From the NCBI GenBank assembly GCA_003649205.1, contig QMRC01000013.1:1-55434 (forward strand): 55,434 bases of DNA, written 5' to 3'. Below, piece by piece: positions 29,110 through 39,585 of this stretch. The notes below the pieces were generated by a model. The model was not told the origin of the DNA and searched no databases. It saw only the letters and a program-made list of their open reading frames with translations. A program made the position numbers and the translations under genes. The DNA comes from Thermoprotei archaeon (GTDB taxonomy: Archaea; Thermoproteota; Thermoprotei; Thermoproteales; B15-G16). Positions within the stretch are counted from its first letter, which is position 1; each line of letters starts with the position of its first letter.

Positions 29110-30345
29110 TTGGTTAATATATCTCCGTTTGCTGTGTTTATTCGCGATCTCGCTATTATACTGATCGTAGGCAAGTTATTTGAGGAGTTATTCTCCCTAA
29201 TTGACTATCCGCCTGTTCTAGGTGATATTCTTGCTGGTATAATCATTGGTCCTACAGTCTTGGGGCTTGTCCAACCAAATGAAATTACGGAGCATGTTGC
29301 TTGGTTTGGAGTTGCTGTCTTGCTGTTTCTGGCTGGTTTAGAGACTAGATTTTCAGAGTTTAGACACTACTTTACCCCCATGTCCACCATAGCTGTTCTC
29401 GGTGTCATTGTTTCCTTTGCTCTTGGGTACGCTGTTGGTAGTATCCTAAGCTATGACGCTACTACATGTCTAATACTTGGTGCTCTATTAGTTGCTACCA
29501 GTGTCAGCATTACGGTTAAGACCATGATAGAGTTGAAGGTGTTGAATACTCCTGAGGGTATGTCTATCCTCGGTGCTGCTGTTCTCGATGACATCCTTGG
29601 TCTCCTAGTACTAACGCTTGTTCTTCAAATAGTTCATGGTCGTGGTATTTGTTTGCTCGAGATTGCGGTAACTATGGTACTTGCTCTCTTGTTCTGGTTT
29701 ACTATCGTATTTCTTGGTCATAGATGCTCAAGGCATATCCACAGATTCCTATCTTTTTTCAAAGTTGAGGATTCTAGGTATGTAATTGTTCTTGCTCTCA
29801 TGCTGTTAGTGGCGCACTCCTCTGAGTATGTTAGACTAGCACCAATAGTCGGTGCATACGCTTTTGGTCTTGCCTTATCTGAGATGCCTGCAGTCTCTAG
29901 GTACCATGATAGATTAGCTATTATAGCAAATACCTTTGCTACAGTATTCTTCGTATATGCTACGGCATCCCTCGACTTTAAAGAGGCTATGAGGTTTGAG
30001 TACATACTGCTCTACGTACTCGTCCTCACCTCAGGTATAATTAGTAAGGTGATCGGTTGTGGTATTGGTGCTATTGTAGCTGGCTTCGATGCTGTACGTG
30101 CTCTAAGAGTTGGTGTAGGTATGATGCCTAGAGGAGAAGTATGTCTGACTATAGCTACCTTGGGCTTAGCTCTGGATTTCATACCACTCGAGGTATATCT
30201 CTCTGCTATTGTCTTGATCTACGTATCAACTCTCTTGACACCACCCATGTTGAAGTTACTTTACTCACCACGAATAGTTAACGCAATTCAGATACTTAGC
30301 ACAAGAATTAAGCGATACATTAGAGGACGTGTTCGATCTACATAG
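29110..30345 (+). CDS. CPA2 family cation/H+ antiporter (NapA/KefB-like)
   Basis: GIIIGP, LLFLAGLE, ATSV, AAVLDD, GMMPRGEV. Confidence 0.92.
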   Translation: MVNISPFAVFIRDLAIILIVGKLFEELFSLIDYPPVLGDILAGIIIGPTVLGLVQPNEITEHVAWFGVAVLLFLAGLETRFSEFRHYFTPMSTIAVLGVIVSFALGYAVGSILSYDATTCLILGALLVATSVSITVKTMIELKVLNTPEGMSILGAAVLDDILGLLVLTLVLQIVHGRGICLLEIAVTMVLALLFWFTIVFLGHRCSRHIHRFLSFFKVEDSRYVIVLALMLLVAHSSEYVRLAPIVGAYAFGLALSEMPAVSRYHDRLAIIANTFATVFFVYATASLDFKEAMRFEYILLYVLVLTSGIISKVIGCGIGAIVAGFDAVRALRVGVGMMPRGEVCLTIATLGLALDFIPLEVYLSAIVLIYVSTLLTPPMLKLLYSPRIVNAIQILSTRIKRYIRGRVRST

Positions 30346-31378
30346 TCTCCAGTAATCTAGTTGACATAACCTCAATTACCCTCTCAACCTCCTCTCTAGG
30401 TACTTCACGAATTCTCATAGCTATCCTCAGCAACTTTCGAAATGGTGAAGATAGAGGGTACTGTGATACCGCGTATATCAGTACCCAAGCATTGATCAGT
30501 GCTCTACCCTCAAATGTTGTTAACAGCGAATCTACCTCACTTAGTAATGGAAATCCCGTTATGCGAAGTGTATTGATTAACTCACTGAGCTCATCGTGAC
30601 TCATCCTCCTCCTACCGAATCTTATGACTCTATTAGTAACGTGCCTCTCACCAATACCCGGTACGATAACCTTACCGTAAGCAGCCTTAACTCTCCACGT
30701 TGAGCTATCTGTTGAATCTATGTTGAGTACCGACAGTATTGGTACTACTGTTGGTGAACCTATACCGAGTACATGAATTCTAGACCTTGAGAAGTAGTCT
30801 CGAAACAGTTTAAGTACGTAAATGCTATATTCTCTACTCCGTCTAATTCCTCTAGATATCAGTACATAGGGTACAAGTCCACCAATAGCAATTTTCTCAC
30901 AGTTCTCGTATAGTTTGACCTGTGTCTTAATTAGGTCTAAACTTCGCTGTATGTGTAGTACAGGTACTACCTTGTCTCTACCTAGGTACTCCATAAGGAA
31001 GATGTAGTTTCTATGTGTTGCTACTACCTTCTTCTTAGCTTCATCAATTGTGTCGTAAGGTGTTGGTGGGTAGTCTAGGTTCACGAAGTAATCGACATCT
31101 CTTAACACCCTATACACTCTAGCTATCTCATTTACTGTGATGGAGATTCCATGTCTCATGAACTGAAAGCCACCACTGTCAACCCATATCTCAACATCAT
31201 CAGTAACCTCGAGGTATTTCCTAACTCCTCCAACCTCCCTTATCTTCTCCAGTATGCTTGGTGACCTATAGAGTTGAAATGCATTAATAACAATTCCTGG
31301 AACTCTGAAGTGTAGCCATGGCTTTGGTTTTGCTGGGAGAGGTGTACCTAGGAGTATCCTGATGCTATGGTGGTTCAT
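30338..31378 (-). CDS. tRNA-guanine transglycosylase-like (TGT/DpdA-like) protein
   Basis: VDSGGFQ, LDYP, PVLH, AIGGLV, HVLGIG, DSTDSSTW. Confidence 0.82.
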   Translation of the reverse strand: MNHHSIRILLGTPLPAKPKPWLHFRVPGIVINAFQLYRSPSILEKIREVGGVRKYLEVTDDVEIWVDSGGFQFMRHGISITVNEIARVYRVLRDVDYFVNLDYPPTPYDTIDEAKKKVVATHRNYIFLMEYLGRDKVVPVLHIQRSLDLIKTQVKLYENCEKIAIGGLVPYVLISRGIRRSREYSIYVLKLFRDYFSRSRIHVLGIGSPTVVPILSVLNIDSTDSSTWRVKAAYGKVIVPGIGERHVTNRVIRFGRRRMSHDELSELINTLRITGFPLLSEVDSLLTTFEGRALINAWVLIYAVSQYPLSSPFRKLLRIAMRIREVPREEVERVIEVMSTRLLETM

Positions 31379-31451
31379 CGAGTATCTTTTCTTGTCGAGA
31401 AATTTTATCAGTCCTACCTCCTGAAGTAGGGGTATTACAGTAACTTCACTA

Positions 31452-32267
31452 CTAAAGTAGGTATGTGTGGAAGTCCTTGCTAGTGACGTAACTACGTAAC
31501 TGCTGCATATCTATGCACTTACTGATTAAGGACATGAGGTCGCGATAGGTAGTACCTCTAGCAAGTACCTTAATTACTTCAGCTAACTTCCTCTTTGGTC
31601 TTAATGCACTGAACGTACATCTTGGCGTAACTGAGAACCTCATCACCTTTGTGGCTATGTACTCAGTAACGTCCTCACCCAGTACTAGAAGTGGGTGAAT
31701 TACAGTAACACCGTCACGTGCTCTGTACTTAGGTAGAAACCTAGAAAGAACCTCGACTCCCCTCTCAATGTTAAGTGCTCTCTCTAGGTGAAAATTTGTG
31801 AGGAAAAGCAACTCAATAAGGTACGCTATGAGGTCCCAAAGCGTATGTGCTGTAGCTACTTTCCTAAATCCTCTCTCAATGACGAATTCTTTAATGGTTT
31901 CTCTCCGAACTAACTTACATACTTCACAAGGTTTCTCAGATTTAGCGAGAACGTAATCATCTTGTTCAGGAACTACTACATTTAAGTCTGGAATTACCTT
32001 CCTGAGGTAGTTCAGGAATTCATTGCTGAATCTATGTCTTGGGTAGGTTACGAGTAGAGGGATCAGTGATATCCCCATTTCCTTCCTTAGCTCATGTAGT
32101 AGGTAGTACATAGCTATCGAGTCCTTACCAAAGGAGATACACACAACAACTTCGTCGTTAGGTTCAAGAAGTTCATTTTCATAACAGAAATCCCTAATGA
32201 GATCAACTACAGCATGGAGATCAGTGATATTGTGCATGCACGCTGCTGCACCCTCTACTAGCGTCAT
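31452..32267 (-). CDS. PP-loop ATPase, TtcA/TtuA-like tRNA thiolation family (divergent)
   Basis: SFGKDS, CEVC..RR, ATAH..D, HPL, C-terminal CTF. Confidence 0.8.
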   Translation of the reverse strand: MTLVEGAAACMHNITDLHAVVDLIRDFCYENELLEPNDEVVVCISFGKDSIAMYYLLHELRKEMGISLIPLLVTYPRHRFSNEFLNYLRKVIPDLNVVVPEQDDYVLAKSEKPCEVCKLVRRETIKEFVIERGFRKVATAHTLWDLIAYLIELLFLTNFHLERALNIERGVEVLSRFLPKYRARDGVTVIHPLLVLGEDVTEYIATKVMRFSVTPRCTFSALRPKRKLAEVIKVLARGTTYRDLMSLISKCIDMQQLRSYVTSKDFHTYLL

Positions 32268-32306
32268 AACCTAGCTACCGCTACATTCGTAGAATATATA
32301 CTTAAC

Positions 32307-33098
32307 TCATGACCTCTCCCGCCCATTGCAGTACTCAGCATATATTTGCTCCACTAGCCTCCTACCTTCAGTAGATGAGAATAGTGGTACATTCCACTCA
32401 ACATAAGTAACTCTCCTAGTAACCTCGACTTCAGTACCTGTTAAGGGATTTCGACTAATCTTAGTTACCTTCTTCTTAAAGATAAGGACCCCACGTCTCT
32501 GCCATGTAGGGATTGCATCTACTGAACCAAATTCACTACAAATTAAGTTAAGTAGGTACTCACTACCTTTACCACTTAACTCCTTCGAGATCTCTCTCGG
32601 TGTGAATCCCCTCTTAAGTAGGATTGTTTGTGCATAGGAATTTAGGAAGTTTCTCCAACAATCGCTTTGTCTCCAAATCAAGTAGTTCACTATGTCATTG
32701 AAGTCACTAAGTAATACAACCCTCGCATCAAATGCGGCAATAACATCCCTCCCAAATAACTTCGATAGCTCGACACTCGTTCTAGCAGATACTATTGAAG
32801 GTAGTATCGATACTAGCTTCTCATACCTTCTACTAAATGAAGTATCTGATGTGAATACGATATTTAGCTCATCTGAGAACACGTAAATGAGCAGTGGATT
32901 AAAACCTGCTTCATAAATCTCCATCCCTGCCCTTACTAGCACCTTAATCAATCGCTCATCATACGGTCTTTCTAATCTCAACTCAGTACATAGCCTATGG
33001 AAGTTCCTACCATCACACCTTATGACGAATGGTATTGTTGGTGGTATCCTCAGGTTACTAAAGAATTCATGCTCTTTATACTCTCTAAGAACGCTCAT
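32307..33098 (-). CDS. thg1: tRNA(His) guanylyltransferase Thg1 / Thg1-like 3'-5' polymerase
   Basis: IRCDGRNFH, SDE, FDAR, YLIWRQ.DCWRN, PTWQRRG. Confidence 0.93.
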   Translation of the reverse strand: MSVLREYKEHEFFSNLRIPPTIPFVIRCDGRNFHRLCTELRLERPYDERLIKVLVRAGMEIYEAGFNPLLIYVFSDELNIVFTSDTSFSRRYEKLVSILPSIVSARTSVELSKLFGRDVIAAFDARVVLLSDFNDIVNYLIWRQSDCWRNFLNSYAQTILLKRGFTPREISKELSGKGSEYLLNLICSEFGSVDAIPTWQRRGVLIFKKKVTKISRNPLTGTEVEVTRRVTYVEWNVPLFSSTEGRRLVEQIYAEYCNGRERS

Positions 33099-33159
33099 CG
33101 AGTAAACCTCTGTGAAACTAACTTAATACCCTAAGTACGTTCAGTAATTAGGTGGTTCC

Positions 33160-33834
33160 ATGGGTTACATCAAGTGGTTAGGTCACGCTGCTTTCGAAAT
33201 AGAGATTGACGGTAAGATCCTGTATATCGACCCATGGATTACAAACCCTATGTCACCAGTGAAGTTAGCTGATATCTCGAGAGCAGATCTCGTGCTGGTT
33301 ACACATGACCATGATGATCATTTAGGTGAGGCAATCGATGTAGTGAAGAAAACAGGTGCTAAGTTCATATCAGTTTACGAACTAACTCAGTACGCTATTT
33401 CACAGGGAGTACCTGAGGATAAGGCCATAGCCATGAATATCGGCGGTGTAATGGTGGTAGATGGAATTGAGGTAATCATGGTACCAGCTCACCACTCATG
33501 TACGAGAGGTACACCATGTGGCTTCATCGTTAGAGGTAAGGAATGTAGTGTATACCACGCTGGTGATACAGGTATAGTTCACGAAATGTCTATCATACGT
33601 GAACTGTACCCGATAGACATAGCTCTACTACCCATAGGTAGCGTATTCACAATGGATCCTAGACAAGCAGCTAAATTTACCGAGATACTACGACCAAAGG
33701 TAGTAATACCGATGCACTACAATACGTTTCCGGTAATAAGACAGGATCCAGAACTCTTTAAGAGGTTGGTTAAGGAGAAAGTACCTGAAGTTGAGGTAGT
33801 GATCCTAAAGCCGGGTGAGGTCTATAGGTTCTAG
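33160..33834 (+). CDS. Metallo-beta-lactamase fold hydrolase (UPF0173)
   Basis: WLGHA, IDPW, THDHDDH, YHAGDT, LLPIG, IPMHYNTF. Confidence 0.9.
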   Translation: MGYIKWLGHAAFEIEIDGKILYIDPWITNPMSPVKLADISRADLVLVTHDHDDHLGEAIDVVKKTGAKFISVYELTQYAISQGVPEDKAIAMNIGGVMVVDGIEVIMVPAHHSCTRGTPCGFIVRGKECSVYHAGDTGIVHEMSIIRELYPIDIALLPIGSVFTMDPRQAAKFTEILRPKVVIPMHYNTFPVIRQDPELFKRLVKEKVPEVEVVILKPGEVYRF

Positions 33835-34196
33835 ACCTAAATCTTCTTCATCAAAATCCAATAACTGGTGTTGTTTTCCTTTGGTATCTCCTCTATCTTA
33901 TTCAATGCTAAGTACCTACCTATGCTCAAGTGATTACTGCCTAATCACATCTACTGCACACATTGATTTGTATGAGAGTGGTAGTTGTCAGGAAGGGAGT
34001 TCATTTGAGAGGTATCACTATTCACTATAGTATCTCTAAGATAGTGCTCAATTGGATCGAATTCTACTTCTCTCAGGTCTCGCAAATACGATGACCATAG
34101 TCCTCATATGTTGTGAGTTAACTATTTCGGCAAAACAACTTACTCTTTATCAAAAGTAAGTTGTCGTTAAGTTTGTGGTGATTGTACTTGAGTTAC

Positions 34197-35321
34197 TTAG
34201 CTACCTAGCTTCAGTATTGTCTCTACGAGTAACTTGACTGTATTTTCTAAATCCTTTAGGTTCACTACTTCTGAACCTGTATGCATGTACCTCAGTGGTA
34301 TACTAACTACCGTTGCCTCTATTCCAGTTCTCACTATTTGAGCGACATCGAGGTCTGTTCCTGTTCTACCTGCTTCAGGAACTATTTGGTATGTAAATTC
34401 ATTGTCCCGTACCTTTAACCTATTTGCGATTTCGAGAATTTGCTCTGTTAACTCCTCGTGAACTGGTGGTCCTCTCGATATTGCTGGACCTTTACCTAGT
34501 TCAACAGGGTACTCAATATACTCTAGGCCTGGGTACCCAGCTGCATGAGTTACATCAATTATTATTGCCTTTTCTAAGCCCTCTTCATGGAGCTTGTATG
34601 TGATGACTCTACTACCTCTTAACCCTATTTCCTCCTGAACTGTGAAGACCAGGTAGAGAGTAGCTTGAGGTTTTACCTCACGATCAATAAGCTGCTTGAG
34701 AACTCCTAGTAGTACTGCACATCCTGCTCTATCATCTAGAGCTCTTGCAGACACTACATCACCTATCTCTGTAGGTAAGCGTATGAAAGATCTCTCTACG
34801 TGACCTACATCACCTACCTGAATAAGCTCCTCAACCTCTTCCCTCTTTCGTAGACCAATATCTATGAAGAGTTCTTTGACATCAGGAACCTTCTTCCTCT
34901 CCTCCTCACTCAGCAGGTGAATTGGCTTAACACCAACAACACCAAGGACCTTTCTCTCCCACCAACTCTTACCACGTAACTTCGATCCTGATCCATATAT
35001 GGCAACTACTTGTCCTAGCATCACTCTAGTATCTAGACCACCAACGTACGAAAACCTAATGAGACCACGTTCCTCAATGGACTTCACGACAATGCCTACT
35101 TCATCCATGTGAGCCATGAGAGCTATCTTCGGACTACCTTCACCGAGCTTCACAACGAGATTACCTAGGGTATCCGAGTACAGTGAAATACCAGAAGGAC
35201 ATAGCTCCTTAATGTACTTAGCAATGTACTCCCTAACAGGTCTCTCAGCACCTGATACTCCAGGTACCGAACACAGTTCCTTAAGTAGGTTAGCTAGGTA
35301 GTTCTTCGAGATTGAGTACAT
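34197..35321 (-). CDS. M42 family aminopeptidase (TET-like)
   Basis: PGVSGAE, AHMDEVG, ALDDRAG, VQEEIGLRG, PLRYMHT. Confidence 0.92.
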   Translation of the reverse strand: MYSISKNYLANLLKELCSVPGVSGAERPVREYIAKYIKELCPSGISLYSDTLGNLVVKLGEGSPKIALMAHMDEVGIVVKSIEERGLIRFSYVGGLDTRVMLGQVVAIYGSGSKLRGKSWWERKVLGVVGVKPIHLLSEEERKKVPDVKELFIDIGLRKREEVEELIQVGDVGHVERSFIRLPTEIGDVVSARALDDRAGCAVLLGVLKQLIDREVKPQATLYLVFTVQEEIGLRGSRVITYKLHEEGLEKAIIIDVTHAAGYPGLEYIEYPVELGKGPAISRGPPVHEELTEQILEIANRLKVRDNEFTYQIVPEAGRTGTDLDVAQIVRTGIEATVVSIPLRYMHTGSEVVNLKDLENTVKLLVETILKLGS

Positions 35322-35393
35322 GTGGTGATATTGATCCCCTAACCCTAAATTTACATTACCTCAATATCAGCATCAGGCTGACTCATCACCTCA

Positions 35394-35910
35394 TCAGGAC
35401 CCAAGGCACTCATCACAAATTAGAAATACTTCCGTACAGATTCTGAATTCACATAACTTAATCGGTTCCTTCATGTACTCAAGAGCCTCTGGTATCGATC
35501 TACTAGCTGTAATTTCTCTGAATACCAGCGCACTTGGTCTTAGGTATCTCTTCTTTGTACTGTAATCGACATAGCAGAGCCCAACCCCCATTCTAAATCC
35601 TTGAGTCCACTCGTAATTGTCAATCAATGACCAGTGTAAGTACCCCCTAACATCAACGCCTCCCTTCAACGCTTCAATTACCTGAGCTACGCACGATACT
35701 ATGTACCTTGGTCTCAAGATATCAAGCTTATTAGCTATACCATTTTCAGCAACTATCATGGGCACACCATATCTACGCTTAAGCTCTAGTAGTAGGTACT
35801 TAAGACCTTCAGGGTAGAATTCTCAACCAGAATCACTTGTTGATTTATCATCTGCAGAAAGTGAGTTTGAACTGTAGTGGAATTCGTAATTCTTAGCTGG
35901 TCTCCATGGT
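35394..35910 (-). pseudogene. C-terminal remnant of a GH1 beta-glycosidase with internal stop
   Basis: Hand translation ...SDSG*EFYPEGL...PMIVAENG...RGYLHWSLIDNYEW; TGA at 35823-35825 replaces the conserved Trp; N-terminal part absent. Confidence 0.88.
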
Positions 35911-36011
35911 AGTAGCCGAGGAGAAAGTCCTTAGGGAACTCAGTATACATGTATCATATCCTCTAGCTACTTCTGTAGGGTACTTTTTATAAGCTAGGAA
36001 GTAATTGTACT

Positions 36012-36878
36012 GTGGAAATCTTTAGAGAGATGATTTCTGTGAAAAAGTGGCATTACTGCATTGTCATTGAGGAGTTCGGGTATGTAAGTGATGAGTTCAA
36101 GATGAAGATACTACACATAGCAAGAGATGTGCTACGTCGAGTATGTCCAAGGGACTACAGCCCGAGTGTAATTCATGCTCTAGTATTCGATACCTGGGAT
36201 AGGATGTTACGAGTATTAGGTGAGTACTCTAGTTCGGTTGGCGCTTTCACTGAGTCCATAAGTCCAGAGCTCTTAGCTCTACATGAGTGTTGGAGTGGAG
36301 TACCGAGAATATGGATTTGTTGCGAGGTAATGAAGACTTTACCGCAAAAAGTCACAACAGCAGTGCTTCAACATGAAGTGTGTCATGCCATACTCCATGG
36401 AACAGTAGCTCATTACATGCTTCCGGTACTAACTAGAGAGTATCTGGAACCACTCTCGAAAATACTTAATACAAGTAATGTAGGTACAGTGGTTAAAGCT
36501 GTTCTCAACGACCTGTCTATGGCTATTAAGGATGCTGAAGTGACATTAGAGCTACTTAGAGCTGGTCTACTACTAGATCAAATACACTTAGCACTTTACG
36601 TGACTACACAGTATTGTGAAGAAGACTTTAAGTTCAGCAACATGAGAGCGAGGCTTCTCATACTAGCTAAACCTCTAGCACTTATATCTCATGTGTTGAG
36701 AACTAGCCTACGTCAGCTGGCTATGAGGTACTTGGAGTATCTAAGCTCGAGAAGTGAAGTACCTCTTAGTACTTTAATTTCAGTCGCTAAATACATTGGA
36801 GAATTGAGTACAGTAAAACTAGATCTTTACAGTAAGGTCAAGAAGTTACTACTGTACCTATGCTACGTACCTACGTAA
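36012..36878 (+). CDS. Hypothetical zincin-like protein (HExxH)
   Basis: VLQHEVCHAILHG. Confidence 0.65.
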   Translation: MEIFREMISVKKWHYCIVIEEFGYVSDEFKMKILHIARDVLRRVCPRDYSPSVIHALVFDTWDRMLRVLGEYSSSVGAFTESISPELLALHECWSGVPRIWICCEVMKTLPQKVTTAVLQHEVCHAILHGTVAHYMLPVLTREYLEPLSKILNTSNVGTVVKAVLNDLSMAIKDAEVTLELLRAGLLLDQIHLALYVTTQYCEEDFKFSNMRARLLILAKPLALISHVLRTSLRQLAMRYLEYLSSRSEVPLSTLISVAKYIGELSTVKLDLYSKVKKLLLYLCYVPT

Positions 36879-36892
36879 CTTCAATACTGAAG

Positions 36893-37570
36893 TCACGGAT
36901 TTTGCTGTTTCTTTAATCTCAGTTCTTCAACTAAATCCCTTTCTACAACATCTCCATTAGGTGTTACTTCCATGAATATCTGAGCTTGAAATCTATACAC
37001 CCTAGTATCTCTCTCTAACCATGCATCTGGTGGTAGCATAGCTTTGATACAGGTCTCACATAGAAAAGTCTCTTCATCCCAACCATATTCTACAGGTACT
37101 TGAGGCAACAGTAAACCACTTCTAAATCCCTTCTCAATCATTAACCCGTGATAACCCACCTTAATGTGCTTAAGGTAGTCCCTAGGATCTTCAACCTTTA
37201 TCAATTCCATTGGTGATAGTATTGACACTTCGAACACTACCTTACTAAGCTCATCAACAGTCATTGGTGGAAACCGAGGGTCTTCTGTTGCAGCAGCAAT
37301 AGCTGACAGTATTACTGCTGTAGCTACGTTCTTGTACCCTTGTGGAAATCCAATACATCCACGTAATTCCCTATGAGCAGGACCTAGGTAAACCTCAATT
37401 GTTGTAAATACACCATACCTATCTCTAAGTAATTTCTCAGGGGTTTCAGATGGTGGATCAATGACCTTACCATGTATGAGGTACTCTGTAACAGCTTTCC
37501 TAGCTAACTTAACTAGAAATCTACCTTCTTCAATGCTGTAAGGTTTGAAAACCTGAATCTCTCCACTCAT
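36893..37570 (-). CDS. AMMECR1 domain protein
   Basis: GVFTT, LRGCIG, AATEDPRF, GLLLPQV. Confidence 0.93.
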   Translation of the reverse strand: MSGEIQVFKPYSIEEGRFLVKLARKAVTEYLIHGKVIDPPSETPEKLLRDRYGVFTTIEVYLGPAHRELRGCIGFPQGYKNVATAVILSAIAAATEDPRFPPMTVDELSKVVFEVSILSPMELIKVEDPRDYLKHIKVGYHGLMIEKGFRSGLLLPQVPVEYGWDEETFLCETCIKAMLPPDAWLERDTRVYRFQAQIFMEVTPNGDVVERDLVEELRLKKQQNP

Positions 37571-37603
37571 ATGCTTAACCTCAGTATGAACCTAGGTAAG
37601 TAC

Positions 37604-39259
37604 CTACATAAAGACTTCCTTCTTCCACTTTCGGTAGAGATACAGTATCACAGCTAGAACAGGTACTATGGGGAAGAACGATAGTATGGTTACTGGGAGA
37701 AGAGCTGTTGATTCACCGGTTAGGACATAGTCGTAAAACCATTCCCAGTAGAAGAATAGTATTGATGGTATAGCAAATATGCCAAAAACTATGGTAAGTA
37801 GTAGCTGCATCTTAGTTATCCTATCTTGGTATCTAGTTAACATGACATAATTTAACGACTCAAACTTACTATTGACCAAAGATGCTAGATCATCAACTCT
37901 AAAGACCTTTACACAGTGATTGAATAATCTCCTTGACTCAGCATCCTTGAGGTAGAAACAGTTACTTAGGTAATCTGTTGCCCTACTGAACTCCTCTCTA
38001 AACCTCGTCAAAGCATCAATGTCATTAAGCTTCTTTGAAGTTAATAGGTAGTCTAAGGTCTTAAGTAGATGCCTCACGATATTGAGAAACTCCATAATTG
38101 TAATGTTGAGAAGTCTAAGCTTCTTACCCATTTCACCTCTCCCAATGTATCTCTTCTGAACAGAAACTATGTGAGCCTCATCTTCACTGAGAACCAATGT
38201 TATTCTCGGTGCTACTCTCCTTACTCTACCTCTACTGAAATCCATTAGCTCTACTGTCCTAGCATACGTGCTAGATAATGACCTAGATACAATTGAATGC
38301 GGGATAACACCTCTGTGGAGGTACGTCATAGCGTATAGCTGCGCATAGTACCTCCTAAGTACCTCTATGAATTTTCTCTCACCCTTCAACACTTCAGTAA
38401 AGAGAATAGTGAAGAAGGTATTCCAGGGATTTCTCATGTTGTTCTCCAATTCAGTTAGCGAACTCACTCTACTACCTCTCTTCAAGAGAACTAGGTACCT
38501 AATGTAGTTAGCATACATCTCAAGTACGTCTGCAACCCTTAGGTACCTCTCTTCACCTCCTATATCACGTACAACGACGTATGGTAGAGGTCCTAACTCA
38601 ATTTCCTTACCATACCTCAGCAATATGTTCACTTTCAATACATCTTTATATATAGAGTAAAGAGAACCCTCAATTTCGAGTCTATACCTCAGATCTATGA
38701 CCTCTGTAGATGAAATTTCTCCCCTTATTGGAAACCAAAGCGTTAATGTGAAGATTCCAGACTCATGCACAAGAAGCTCGAGGTAACCAGTTATCGGGCA
38801 GTATCGATCAGTTAACACCATACCTACCTTATCTAATCCACTTCTTGCTAACCTCAGTACCTTGACCTTACCAAGGTGTATTCTAGCAAATTCACTCCTT
38901 TCCAAGTACATCTCATCCATGAGCTGTGTATCTACTGAACCTCGAACAGTAAAGTACTTGATATACTGCTCACTGACCTGTGAGGGATACAGTACAGGCA
39001 CTATCCAGGATGTAGGGTCGTGAGGTAGAACTCTCCAACCGCTCTCCCTGTACTTCTCAACTTCACTACGTGGGATGTAGACTAGAGCACAGACACCAAC
39101 ACCTGTACTGAGTAGAGCATCTATCAGATCCCTAATGGATACTGGTGAACCCACATCGAATGAGTACACATAATATAGGTCTAGGTATTTTGTCGATAGC
39201 TTCTCGACCTGCTGTGCCTTAGCCACGATCACTCCCTCAGCGTAGCTCAGCTTCAGCAC
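37604..39259 (-). CDS. Large soluble domain plus two C-terminal TM helices (CorA/RMD1-like architecture)
   Basis: alpha/beta N-domain, long helices, two terminal hydrophobic segments; no GMN motif. Confidence 0.6.
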   Translation of the reverse strand: MLKLSYAEGVIVAKAQQVEKLSTKYLDLYYVYSFDVGSPVSIRDLIDALLSTGVGVCALVYIPRSEVEKYRESGWRVLPHDPTSWIVPVLYPSQVSEQYIKYFTVRGSVDTQLMDEMYLERSEFARIHLGKVKVLRLARSGLDKVGMVLTDRYCPITGYLELLVHESGIFTLTLWFPIRGEISSTEVIDLRYRLEIEGSLYSIYKDVLKVNILLRYGKEIELGPLPYVVVRDIGGEERYLRVADVLEMYANYIRYLVLLKRGSRVSSLTELENNMRNPWNTFFTILFTEVLKGERKFIEVLRRYYAQLYAMTYLHRGVIPHSIVSRSLSSTYARTVELMDFSRGRVRRVAPRITLVLSEDEAHIVSVQKRYIGRGEMGKKLRLLNITIMEFLNIVRHLLKTLDYLLTSKKLNDIDALTRFREEFSRATDYLSNCFYLKDAESRRLFNHCVKVFRVDDLASLVNSKFESLNYVMLTRYQDRITKMQLLLTIVFGIFAIPSILFFYWEWFYDYVLTGESTALLPVTILSFFPIVPVLAVILYLYRKWKKEVFM

Positions 39260-39341
39260 GAGAACTCAGCGAGGGTTCTATTCAGCATCTAGAGTAGTAA
39301 CTCGTGACGACCCTATTTAATAATACTCTCAATGCAGTGAA

Positions 39342-39584
39342 CTACACTAAGCTCAATTTAATCTTCTCAGCTTTTCTAAAGGCCTCGTCCTCCTCTGTTG
39401 GTACATAGATCACGAATATGTCCCCAGCCTCACCTGAATCCCAAATCATCCGGTAGATGTCCTTATAGCTATCTGATGCGAAGAGTACCTTACCATCCTT
39501 AACAGCAACCCACTTACCCCTATACCTATTCCTCTCTTTCTCAAGTAACTCCAACACCTTTCTCAAGTAATCCTCCAAACCCAT
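39342..39584 (-). CDS. DUF5678-like small protein
   Basis: RYRGKWVAVKDGKVLFASDS; ATG at 39584. Confidence 0.7.
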   Translation of the reverse strand: MGLEDYLRKVLELLEKERNRYRGKWVAVKDGKVLFASDSYKDIYRMIWDSGEAGDIFVIYVPTEEDEAFRKAEKIKLSLV

Positions 39585-39585
39585 A

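Noticed and set aside
33835-34196. Possible small gene (71-aa ORF)
   Set aside because: No RBS, motif or coherent frame; at most an unidentifiable remnant
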